Made by a program: the position numbers and the translations under genes. Positions 48,659 to 57,056 of a stretch of DNA of 64,000 nucleotides are shown piece by piece (within the stretch, counting starts at the first letter, position 1; each line of letters opens with the position of its first letter). The DNA lies in NCBI GenBank assembly GCA_000431795.1, contig FR887359.1, positions 9,551 to 73,550 of the forward strand. The letters are read 5' to 3'. Source of the DNA: Clostridium sp. CAG:302. GTDB lineage: Bacteria > Bacillota_I > Bacilli_A > RF39 > UBA660. The notes beneath the pieces were generated by a model. The model was not told where the DNA came from, ran no database searches, and saw nothing but the letters and a program-made list of their open reading frames with translations.

Positions 48659-50467
48659 ATGTGTGGAATAAATGGAATAATAAGTAAAGAAAAAGACAAA
48701 GATAAATTAATAAAAGAAATGAATAAAAGAATAGTTCATCGTGGACCTGATGCTGAAGGTATATATGTAGATGATAATGTTGCCTTAGGTCAAAGAAGAC
48801 TATCAATAATCGATCTTGAGGGTGGTAATCAGCCTATATATAATAAAGATAAAAGTATTTTAATAGTATATAATGGTGAAGTATATAATTATAAAGAATT
48901 AAAAGAAGAATTAACTGAATACGAGTTTCAAACAAACTCTGATACTGAAGTAATATTACATGGATATGAAAAGTGGGGTAAAGAGTTACCTAAAAAGTTA
49001 AGAGGTATGTTTGCCTATGCTATCTACGATAAGAATAAAAATGAAATATTTATATCTAGAGATCATTTTGGTATTAAACCATTATACTATTATCAAAATA
49101 AAGATGTAATATTATTTGGTTCAGAAATAAAAAGTTTTTTAGCTCATCCTAAATTTAAAAAAGAATTAAATAAAGAGTTAATAGGACCATATCTAACATT
49201 TAGTTTTACTCCAACAGATGAAACATTCTTTAAAGATGTCTATAGATTACCTGGTGGTCACTCTATGACTATTAATGTTAAAACTAAGAAAATAAAAATA
49301 GAAAGATATTTTAAAGTTGAGTTTTCTAATACCAAAGAAAGTTTTGATGAGGTAGTTGAGGAAATCTCTAAAGTAATGGATGATTCAGTAAAACATCATC
49401 TAATAAGTGATGTTGAAGTTGGTTCTTTCCTTTCTAGCGGTGTTGATTCTTCTTACTTAGTAAGTTTAGCAAAACCAGATAAAACTTATACTATTGGTTT
49501 TGATTTAGCTAAATATAGTGAAATAGAATATGCTAAAGATTTAACTGATAAATTAAAAATAAAGAATATTAGTGAAAAAATATCTAAAGAAGAATATATG
49601 AAAGCTATTCCTGATGTCTACTACCACATGGATGAGCCAACTGCTGATGGCTGTGCAATAGCGGTATACTTCTTATCAAGACTTGCCAGTAAAGATGTAA
49701 AAGTAGTACTATCAGGAGAAGGAGCTGATGAGTTCTTTGGAGGCTATAATAGTTATGATGATAACTTTTATACTAAATTACCATTATTTGTAAGAAAGAC
49801 ACTTGCTAGTATTTGTAAAGTTTTACCTAAAAATAAAATAACTAGATATATAATAAGAAGAGGAATGTCAATAGAAGAATCTTATGTTAGTATAAATAGA
49901 ACTTATTATGATGATGAATTAAAAGATGTACTAAAATATAAAGATTATATAAAAAATAAAGATATAACTAAAGAAGTATATGAAGAGTATAAAGATTATA
50001 ATAAACTAAATAAAATGCTCGCAGTAGATATAAGATATTGGCTAAGTAATAATATTCTTACTATTGTAGATAGAATGACTATGGCTCACTCTATAGAATC
50101 TAGAGTACCATTTACTGATATAGATGTCTTTAAAGTATCTAGTATATTACCAAAGAAATATAAAGTAAGTGAAGGTACTACTAAAGTGGCTTTAAGAGAG
50201 GCTGCTAAAAAGGTAATACCAAATGATGCTTATAAAAAGAAAAAACTAGGCTTTCCAGTACCAATTAGAGAATGGATAAGAGAAGACGACTTTTATAATG
50301 AAATAAAAAATACATTTAATACCGATATTTCTAAAGAGTTATTCAATAATGATTATCTAATGAAAATATTAGATGAACATAAAAATAGAGAAAAAGATAA
50401 TTATCGTAGGATATGGGCTGTATATAGTTTCTTAAAATGGTATGAAGAATACTTTGTAAAAAGATAA
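48659..50467 (+). CDS. asnB: Asparagine synthase (glutamine-hydrolysing)
   Basis: The N-terminal nucleophile is MCGI(N)GII. It has RGPD, the SGGVDSS-type PP-loop (LSSGVDSS) and SGEGADEFFGGY. The start is ATG 48659. Confidence 0.9.
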   Translation: MCGINGIISKEKDKDKLIKEMNKRIVHRGPDAEGIYVDDNVALGQRRLSIIDLEGGNQPIYNKDKSILIVYNGEVYNYKELKEELTEYEFQTNSDTEVILHGYEKWGKELPKKLRGMFAYAIYDKNKNEIFISRDHFGIKPLYYYQNKDVILFGSEIKSFLAHPKFKKELNKELIGPYLTFSFTPTDETFFKDVYRLPGGHSMTINVKTKKIKIERYFKVEFSNTKESFDEVVEEISKVMDDSVKHHLISDVEVGSFLSSGVDSSYLVSLAKPDKTYTIGFDLAKYSEIEYAKDLTDKLKIKNISEKISKEEYMKAIPDVYYHMDEPTADGCAIAVYFLSRLASKDVKVVLSGEGADEFFGGYNSYDDNFYTKLPLFVRKTLASICKVLPKNKITRYIIRRGMSIEESYVSINRTYYDDELKDVLKYKDYIKNKDITKEVYEEYKDYNKLNKMLAVDIRYWLSNNILTIVDRMTMAHSIESRVPFTDIDVFKVSSILPKKYKVSEGTTKVALREAAKKVIPNDAYKKKKLGFPVPIREWIREDDFYNEIKNTFNTDISKELFNNDYLMKILDEHKNREKDNYRRIWAVYSFLKWYEEYFVKR

Positions 50468-50520
50468 TAAAAAACTTCTTTTTTTAAATTAGGGATGATA
50501 TAATCTTATTAGGGAGAGGA

Positions 50521-51450
50521 GTGATTATTATTAAAAAGAAAATATTATTAATATTAGCAGTAATATTAATGGGTTTTGGTACATTATATAGACCAGCTTT
50601 AGCGGATTCTGGATGGGATTCTGATTATGATTCAGGAGGAAGTTGGGATTCAGGAAGTGACTGGGATTCTAGTAGTAGCTGGGATTCAGGTAGTGATTGG
50701 GATTCCAGTAGTAGTTGGAGTTCTGGTGGAAGTTCTATTAGTGGCTCAGGTGGTGGTATTTCATTAGTAGCGGTTATTATTGTAGTTGTTATAATAGTAG
50801 TAGTGGTTTCTAAAAATGGTGGTAACAAAGGTGGAGGAAGTTCTAATATATCAAATAGTATAAATGGTTCTAATAATATAAGTAATTATAAAGATATTGA
50901 TTCGGAAAAAATAAAGAGTATTGATAAAGATTTAAATGTTAGTGAATTCAAAACAAAAGTATTTAGAACATATAAAGATATTCAAACAGCATGGATGAAC
51001 TTTGATACAGATACTATAAGAAAATTAACCACTGATGAAATATATAACATGTATAGTAGTCAATTAGAAACATTAAAACTAAAGAAACAAAGAAACATCA
51101 TGAAAGATATAGAATTAATTGACGTTAAGATAATAGATATTCATAAAGAAAATGATGTTATTACAATAGATGCATATTTAAATGTAAAATGCTATGATTA
51201 TGTTATAAAAGATGCAACTGGAGAGGTAACTCGTGGAACAGACAAATCTAAAATGAATATAAAATATAAATTATCATTTGTTAAGTCAGCATCAAATAAC
51301 AATACAGAAGAAAAATGTCCTAACTGTGGAGCACCGGTAGACATAGTAAGTTCTGCAGTTTGCCCATATTGCGATAGTACTTTAGTAAAAGATGCTGGAG
51401 ATTATGTAATGAGTAAAAAAGTATCTTTGGGACAAACTTTAGAAAGGTAA
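50521..51450 (+). CDS. Membrane protein: signal peptide, S/D/W-rich repeat ectodomain, TM, then Tim44-like domain with a C-terminal zinc ribbon
   Basis: The signal peptide ends PALA-DSG. SWDSGSDWDSSS repeats are followed by the TM VAVIIVVVIIVVVV, a Tim44-like region (FKTKVFRTYKDIQTAWMNFDTDTIRKLTTDEIY) and CPNCGAPVDIVSSAVCPYCDS. The start is GTG behind GGGAGAGGAG. Confidence 0.6.
   Translation: MIIIKKKILLILAVILMGFGTLYRPALADSGWDSDYDSGGSWDSGSDWDSSSSWDSGSDWDSSSSWSSGGSSISGSGGGISLVAVIIVVVIIVVVVSKNGGNKGGGSSNISNSINGSNNISNYKDIDSEKIKSIDKDLNVSEFKTKVFRTYKDIQTAWMNFDTDTIRKLTTDEIYNMYSSQLETLKLKKQRNIMKDIELIDVKIIDIHKENDVITIDAYLNVKCYDYVIKDATGEVTRGTDKSKMNIKYKLSFVKSASNNNTEEKCPNCGAPVDIVSSAVCPYCDSTLVKDAGDYVMSKKVSLGQTLER
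50641..50712 (+). repeat. Tandem 36-bp coding repeat (2 full units plus partial flanks) encoding SWDSGSDWDSSS
   Basis: AGTTGGGATTCAGGAAGTGACTGGGATTCTAGTAGT is followed by AGCTGGGATTCAGGTAGTGATTGGGATTCCAGTAGT. Confidence 0.8.
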
Positions 51451-51454
51451 GTTT

Positions 51455-51970
51455 ATGGAAGATTTTAATGAAGCAATGTTTAAAACAAAAGTCGATAATA
51501 TATTTGTAAAATTATATACTTGTATTATGAAAGGTGATTTAACAGATGTTAGACACTTTATAAGTGAAGAATTATATAATAATTATATTAATAAAATAAA
51601 TGAATTAATTAGTCATAATAAAAGACAAATGTATGATGAAATTAATGTTAAAAACACTATGATTATAAACAGGAAGATTTTAGAAGATAAAGAAATTATT
51701 GATGTAGAAATAGTTTCTAGATATATGGATTATATAATTGACATAAATACTGGTGATCTTATATCAGGAGATGATACAAGAAGGATAGAGAGAAGAAATA
51801 TATTAAGATTTGAAAAAAAGTTAAATACTAAAGATTTTGGTATTGTTCGCAAATGTCCGGGATGTGGTGCTAGTATTAATGTTAATAATACTGGTAAGTG
51901 TGAGTATTGTGATACAATATTCAATTTAGATGACTATGATTATATTTTAGTGTCAATAAATGTAAATTAA
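51455..51970 (+). CDS. Tim44-like domain protein with a zinc ribbon
   Basis: FKTKVDNIFVKLYTCIMKGDLTDVRHFISEELY is paralogous to the previous gene. The ribbon is CPGCGASINVNNTGKCEYCDT. Confidence 0.6.
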   Translation: MEDFNEAMFKTKVDNIFVKLYTCIMKGDLTDVRHFISEELYNNYINKINELISHNKRQMYDEINVKNTMIINRKILEDKEIIDVEIVSRYMDYIIDINTGDLISGDDTRRIERRNILRFEKKLNTKDFGIVRKCPGCGASINVNNTGKCEYCDTIFNLDDYDYILVSINVN

Positions 51971-52024
51971 TAAAAAATATTAAAAAAGTATGCTATAATT
52001 AAATAAATAAGAGGAGGAAATAAT

Positions 52025-53206
52025 ATGGGATTAATAAAAGCATTTAGTACTTCAAAGTCTTCTGTTTTAGGAGAACAGTTTAAGGAGTACGTAACATGTC
52101 CAACAATGGATAAAGGGGTACTAGTACAAAGGGGAATAGTAGAACATGGCAAAGGAAATAAAAATCCTTCTGAGAATATAATATCTAATGGAAGTGTCAT
52201 TGCTGTACCAGAAGGAACTGCAATGATGGTTATAGAGAATGGTGCAATTTTAGAATTCTCTGCTGTAGCAGGAACATATACTTTTGATAAAGGAACAGAA
52301 ACTAGTGTCTTTGAAGGTGGTTTTGGTAAGGGCTTAGTTGAAGCTATTAAAAAGATGGGAAAGAGAACAACATTTGGAGGTCAAACTGCTAATGATCAAA
52401 GGGTTTATTATATAAACTTACTTGCCATAACAGGTAATAAATTTGGCTCTCCACAACCAAGGAAAATAACTGATGATAAATATGGAATGCTTGAAGTGAC
52501 TTTTTTTGGCGAGTATGCTATAAAAATAGATGATCCAACTATATTAGTTCAAAATGTAATTGGTTCCAATGCTAAGGATACAATATATTATAGCGATATT
52601 CTTGAAGATCAATTTAAAACTAAGTTTGTTGAAAAACTAACGCAAGCAATAACTGTTGTAATGAGAAAACACAAAATACCTTTTGGTGATATTGGTATGT
52701 ATAATACAGATATAGTAACAGAAATGAATAACCTATTACAAAACGATTTAGTAGAAAAGTATGGTGTTAAAATTTCTGATATAGCAATTGCGGATATTAA
52801 TTTAACTGATAAATCAATGGAAAGAGTATCCAAGATTGATGACGCTACAATATTCTCAAATAGTTCTCTTCAGTCAGGATTAATGGCTGAGGCAAGTGCT
52901 GAAGCAATGAAGAGTGCTGCTTCTAATAGTAATGGAGCAATGATGGGATTCATGGGAATGAATATGGCTCAAAATAGTGGTGCAACAATGATGGGAGCAG
53001 TACAAAAAGGCGATACTGTTTCAAATGAGGAAAGAGAAATGCCAGAACCTGGAAGCTTATTTAAGAAAGAAGAACCTAAAAAGGAAGAATCAGTGCAAGA
53101 AGCAAATGTAGAAGAAAGCAGTACAGGGCCTAAGTTTTGTCCTAATTGCGGAGCTCCTGCTAATGGTGGAAACTTCTGTACAAACTGTGGTAATAAACTA
53201 AGATAG
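52025..53206 (+). CDS. SPFH-domain protein with a C-terminal zinc ribbon (YdjI-like)
   Basis: The N-terminus MGLIKAF...SVIAVPEGTAMMVIENGAI precedes an SPFH-like core, an M/A/G-rich linker and CPNCGAPANGGNFCTNCGN. Confidence 0.65.
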   Translation: MGLIKAFSTSKSSVLGEQFKEYVTCPTMDKGVLVQRGIVEHGKGNKNPSENIISNGSVIAVPEGTAMMVIENGAILEFSAVAGTYTFDKGTETSVFEGGFGKGLVEAIKKMGKRTTFGGQTANDQRVYYINLLAITGNKFGSPQPRKITDDKYGMLEVTFFGEYAIKIDDPTILVQNVIGSNAKDTIYYSDILEDQFKTKFVEKLTQAITVVMRKHKIPFGDIGMYNTDIVTEMNNLLQNDLVEKYGVKISDIAIADINLTDKSMERVSKIDDATIFSNSSLQSGLMAEASAEAMKSAASNSNGAMMGFMGMNMAQNSGATMMGAVQKGDTVSNEEREMPEPGSLFKKEEPKKEESVQEANVEESSTGPKFCPNCGAPANGGNFCTNCGNKLR

Positions 53207-53288
53207 TAAAAAAATTACTATCTCTTTAAATTCATATATTTAGATATAATGTTTAAGAATTATTATATTAAAGAAAGAGGTAGATAAA

Positions 53289-54932
53289 ATGACTGATATA
53301 GAAATAGCAAGAAGTATAAATCCTAAAGATATAACTGAAGTAGCCAAAACTCTTGGTATTGAAAATAAAATAGAATTATATGGTAGTAATAAAGCTAAAA
53401 TATCTTTAGATTTATTAGATAAAAAAAGAAATAGTAAATTAGTTTTAGTAACTGCCATAAATCCCACTCCAATGGGTGAGGGTAAAACTACGGTCTCAAT
53501 ATCTTTAAATGATGCTTTGCGTAAATTAGGTAAGAAAAGTATTTTAACACTAAGGGAACCATCACTAGGACCAGTATTTGGTGTGAAGGGAGGAGCTACC
53601 GGAGGAGGATATGCTCAGGTAATACCCATGGAAGATATTAATCTTCATTTTACTGGGGATTTTCATGCCATAACTACTGCTAATAATTTATTATGTTCAG
53701 TGATAGATAACCATATCTATCAAGGCAACACTTTAAATATTGATAAAGTAATATTTAAAAGATGTTTAGATTTAAATGATAGACAGTTAAGGGTAATAAA
53801 TACAGGGTTATCAAAAGAAAAAAATACTAAAGAGAGAATTGATGGCTTTGATATAACTGCTGCTTCTGAAATAATGGCCATTTTATGTCTTAGTAAAGAT
53901 TTAAATGACTTAAAGAGAAGACTAGGTAATATTGTAATTGGCTATGATAATAAAGGAAAAGAGATAACTGCTAGAATGTTAAAGGCTGATGGAGCAATGA
54001 CTGTTTTACTAAAAGATGCTATAAAGCCTAATTTAGTTCAAACCCTCGAAGGTAATCCATGCATCATACATGGTGGACCATTTGCTAATATTGCTCATGG
54101 ATGTAATAGTGTAATAGCTACTAATATTGCTATGTCATTAGGAGATATTACAATAACTGAAGCAGGTTTTGGAGCGGACCTAGGAGCAGAAAAATTCTTA
54201 GATATAAAATGTCGAAATATTAATACTCACCCTGATGCAGTAGTTCTAGTAGCTACAATTAGATCACTTAAATATCATGGAGGAATGCTTAAAGAGAATA
54301 TAGCAAAAGAAAGTATTGACTATCTAGAAAAAGGTATGAATAATCTATATAAACATATACATAATTTAAAAGAAGTATATGGACTTAATGTAGTCGTAGC
54401 TATTAATAGGTTCAGTGCTGATACAAACAAAGAAATTAGTTTTTTAGAAGAAAAATTAAATAAAATAGATGTAGATTATGCTGTTACTGATGGCTATTCA
54501 TTAGGTAGTAATGGAAGTATAGAATTAGCTAGAAAAGTTTTAGATAATATTAATAAACCTAATAACTTTAACTATGCTTATGATATAAATGATAGTATTA
54601 AAGAAAAGATATATAAAGTATCTGCAAAAATATATGGTGCTAAAGATGTAGAGTATTCAGATGTAGCTTTAGAAAAACTATCACTACTCGAAGAAAAATA
54701 TAATAATGTACCAATATGTATTGCTAAAACACAGTATTCATTATCGGATGATCCAAAGAATTTGGATCCTAAGAAAGACTATAATATTCATGTGATAGAT
54801 CTTGTACTAAAGAGTGGTGCAGAATTTATCGTAGTCTTAACTGGAGACATAATGACTATGCCAGGATTACCAAAGGTACCAAATAGTGAGAATATCGATA
54901 TTATAGATGATGTAACTATAGGAATATTTTAG
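53289..54932 (+). CDS. fhs: Formate--tetrahydrofolate ligase
   Basis: It has TDIEIA, INPTPMGEGKTT, GGPFANIAHG and CIAKTQYS. Confidence 0.95.
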   Translation: MTDIEIARSINPKDITEVAKTLGIENKIELYGSNKAKISLDLLDKKRNSKLVLVTAINPTPMGEGKTTVSISLNDALRKLGKKSILTLREPSLGPVFGVKGGATGGGYAQVIPMEDINLHFTGDFHAITTANNLLCSVIDNHIYQGNTLNIDKVIFKRCLDLNDRQLRVINTGLSKEKNTKERIDGFDITAASEIMAILCLSKDLNDLKRRLGNIVIGYDNKGKEITARMLKADGAMTVLLKDAIKPNLVQTLEGNPCIIHGGPFANIAHGCNSVIATNIAMSLGDITITEAGFGADLGAEKFLDIKCRNINTHPDAVVLVATIRSLKYHGGMLKENIAKESIDYLEKGMNNLYKHIHNLKEVYGLNVVVAINRFSADTNKEISFLEEKLNKIDVDYAVTDGYSLGSNGSIELARKVLDNINKPNNFNYAYDINDSIKEKIYKVSAKIYGAKDVEYSDVALEKLSLLEEKYNNVPICIAKTQYSLSDDPKNLDPKKDYNIHVIDLVLKSGAEFIVVLTGDIMTMPGLPKVPNSENIDIIDDVTIGIF

Positions 54933-55006
54933 TATTCCTTTTCTTTATAAATGCTTTATTTTATTAAAATAATGTGCTAAAATACTAAAAGAAAGAAGGA
55001 AGAAGT

Positions 55007-56272
55007 ATGAAAGTAGGAATATGTTCATTAGGATGTAAAGTTAATATATATGAAAGCGAATTAGTTACTAATATATTAAAAAATAATAATTATACAGTAG
55101 TGGATTTTGAGGATAAAGCAGATATATATATAATAAATACTTGTAGTGTAACTAATGAAAGTGATAAGAAAAGCAGAAAGATGATAAATAGGGCTAAGAA
55201 GAATAATCCTGCCGCTATTATTATAGTAATGGGTTGTTATAGCCAGGTTAATGCCGAGGATATAGATGTAGATATTGTCTTAGGTAATAAAGATAAATCT
55301 AAAATAGTAGAAATAATTGAAGAATATATAAAAACAAAGCAAAAGAAAAAAATAATATATGATTTAACTAAAGTAGACTTTGAAAAGATGGAAATAACTA
55401 ATTTTGATAGTCATACTAGAGCTTTTGTAAAAATACAAGATGGATGTAATGCTTTTTGCTCCTACTGTATAATACCCTATGTAAGAGGTAGAGTAAGAAG
55501 TAAAGATCCTGAAGATGTTATTAAAGAAGTAACAACACTAGTGGAAAAAGGTTATAAAGAAATAGTACTAACAGGTATTCATACGGGTAGGTATGGAACT
55601 GATATAAATACTACCCTTGAAGAACTATTAAATAAATTAGTAAATATACCAAATATATATCGTATAAGATTATCTTCAATAGAGATAAATGAAATAACTC
55701 CAGGTATAAAAGAATTATTAAAAGAAAATAAAGTGATGGCTAAACATTTACATATACCATTACAATCAGGATCTAATAAAATATTAAAACTTATGAATAG
55801 AAGATATAACAAAGAAGAATTTCTGTCTATGGTAGATAATTTAAGAGATATACCTGATATATCTTTAACTACTGATTTAATTGTAGGCTTTCCAAATGAA
55901 GGTGAAGAAGAATTTAATGAGACAATAGATACTCTAAAAAAAATAGGCTTTACTAAGATTCATACTTTTCCATATTCAAAAAGAAAGGGTACCCCAGCGG
56001 CCATTATGGATAATCAGGTATTCCCAGAAGAAAAGAAAAAGAGAGTACATAGAATATTAGACTTATCTAATAAGTATGAACATAATTTCTATGAAAGTAA
56101 GATAGGCAAAATCTATGATGGTGTAGTAGAGGTTCATTCTAATGGTACCACTATTGTTCACACCTCCAACTTTATACCAGTAATTATTAATGATATAGTA
56201 GAAGAGGGTACTATAGTAGATGTTAAAATAGAAAAAGTAGAAGATTTAAAAGTATATGGAAGAATAGTTTAA
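55007..56272 (+). CDS. mtaB: tRNA (N6-threonylcarbamoyladenosine) methylthiotransferase MtaB
   Basis: It has LGCKVNIYESE, the radical SAM motif CNAFCSYC and a C-terminal TRAM-like domain. Confidence 0.85.
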   Translation: MKVGICSLGCKVNIYESELVTNILKNNNYTVVDFEDKADIYIINTCSVTNESDKKSRKMINRAKKNNPAAIIIVMGCYSQVNAEDIDVDIVLGNKDKSKIVEIIEEYIKTKQKKKIIYDLTKVDFEKMEITNFDSHTRAFVKIQDGCNAFCSYCIIPYVRGRVRSKDPEDVIKEVTTLVEKGYKEIVLTGIHTGRYGTDINTTLEELLNKLVNIPNIYRIRLSSIEINEITPGIKELLKENKVMAKHLHIPLQSGSNKILKLMNRRYNKEEFLSMVDNLRDIPDISLTTDLIVGFPNEGEEEFNETIDTLKKIGFTKIHTFPYSKRKGTPAAIMDNQVFPEEKKKRVHRILDLSNKYEHNFYESKIGKIYDGVVEVHSNGTTIVHTSNFIPVIINDIVEEGTIVDVKIEKVEDLKVYGRIV

Positions 56273-56285
56273 AAGGAGAATAAAT

Positions 56286-56852
56286 ATGAGTGAAAACAAG
56301 TATGTATATCATGGAAGTCATATACCTGATTTAAAAGTAATCAAACCACATAAGAGTACACATCAGCAAAACTGGGTATATGCCACATCTTCAAAAGCAG
56401 TCGCTACCATTTTCTTAAGTAACAAACATAGTGATTTATATTATTACTTGGGTGGTAATGACGAAGATAACAATCTTGTTCTCGTAGAAAGAAAAAAAGG
56501 TATGTTTAAGGATATATTTAATGTATCTGGTTCTATTTATAAACTTAGTTCTAAAAACTTTCTTAATGGTATTACTGGCTGGTCTATGGAAGTTGTAAGT
56601 AATAGAGAAGAGCAAGTACTTGAAGAAGAAAAAATAACAGATGTTTATGAAGAACTAATAAAATTTAATGATGAGGGAAAAATTAAATTATATTTATATC
56701 CTAACAGACCTAGTTATATTCCTTTAGATAATAGTGATTTAATACCTAAAGTAATTAGATGGTCAAAAAAAGGATTAAAAATAGGAAACTTCTTTGAATT
56801 GTATCCAGAACTTACTGATAGGTTCTATGAAGAATTAGAAAAAACTAAATAG
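56286..56852 (+). CDS. 188-aa protein of unknown function, inserted between mtaB and its terminator
   Basis: RBS AAGGAG is present. The motifs YVYHGS, WVYATSS and MEVVS are only loosely reminiscent of H-Y-E ADP-ribosyltransferase folds. Confidence 0.4.
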   Translation: MSENKYVYHGSHIPDLKVIKPHKSTHQQNWVYATSSKAVATIFLSNKHSDLYYYLGGNDEDNNLVLVERKKGMFKDIFNVSGSIYKLSSKNFLNGITGWSMEVVSNREEQVLEEEKITDVYEELIKFNDEGKIKLYLYPNRPSYIPLDNSDLIPKVIRWSKKGLKIGNFFELYPELTDRFYEELEKTK

Positions 56853-56860
56853 TAATATAT

Positions 56861-56892
56861 GGAAGAATAGTTTAATATTCTTTCTTTTTTTT
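56861..56892 (+). terminator. Rho-independent terminator (AAGAATA/TATTCTT plus T-run)
   Basis: The 5' arm is a copy of the last codons of mtaB. Confidence 0.7.
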
Positions 56893-56943
56893 CTTAAGCC
56901 ATTTGTCTTAAGAAGCATAAGTAAGCCTAAGGTCTTCCTTATG
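56891..56943 (+). repeat. Tandem-hairpin intergenic repeat, copy 10
   Basis: TTCTTAAG-CCATTTGT-CTTAAGAA is followed by CATAAGTAAG-CCTAAGGT-CTTCCTTATG. Confidence 0.8.
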
Positions 56944-56974
56944 AAAACAATTTATGGGAAATTATGTTAAGTAA

Positions 56975-57003
56975 TTGACATCAAAAAAGAGTAATGCTAT
57001 AAT
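56975..57003 (+). promoter_or_regulatory. Promoter of the ABC exporter operon (TTGACA, 17 nt, TGCTATAAT)
   Basis: The -35 lies at 56975-56980 and the extended -10 ends at 57003. Confidence 0.7.
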
Positions 57004-57056
57004 TCATATAGTCAAGAAATTATGCATGGATACATAATATAAAAATGGAGGTTAAA

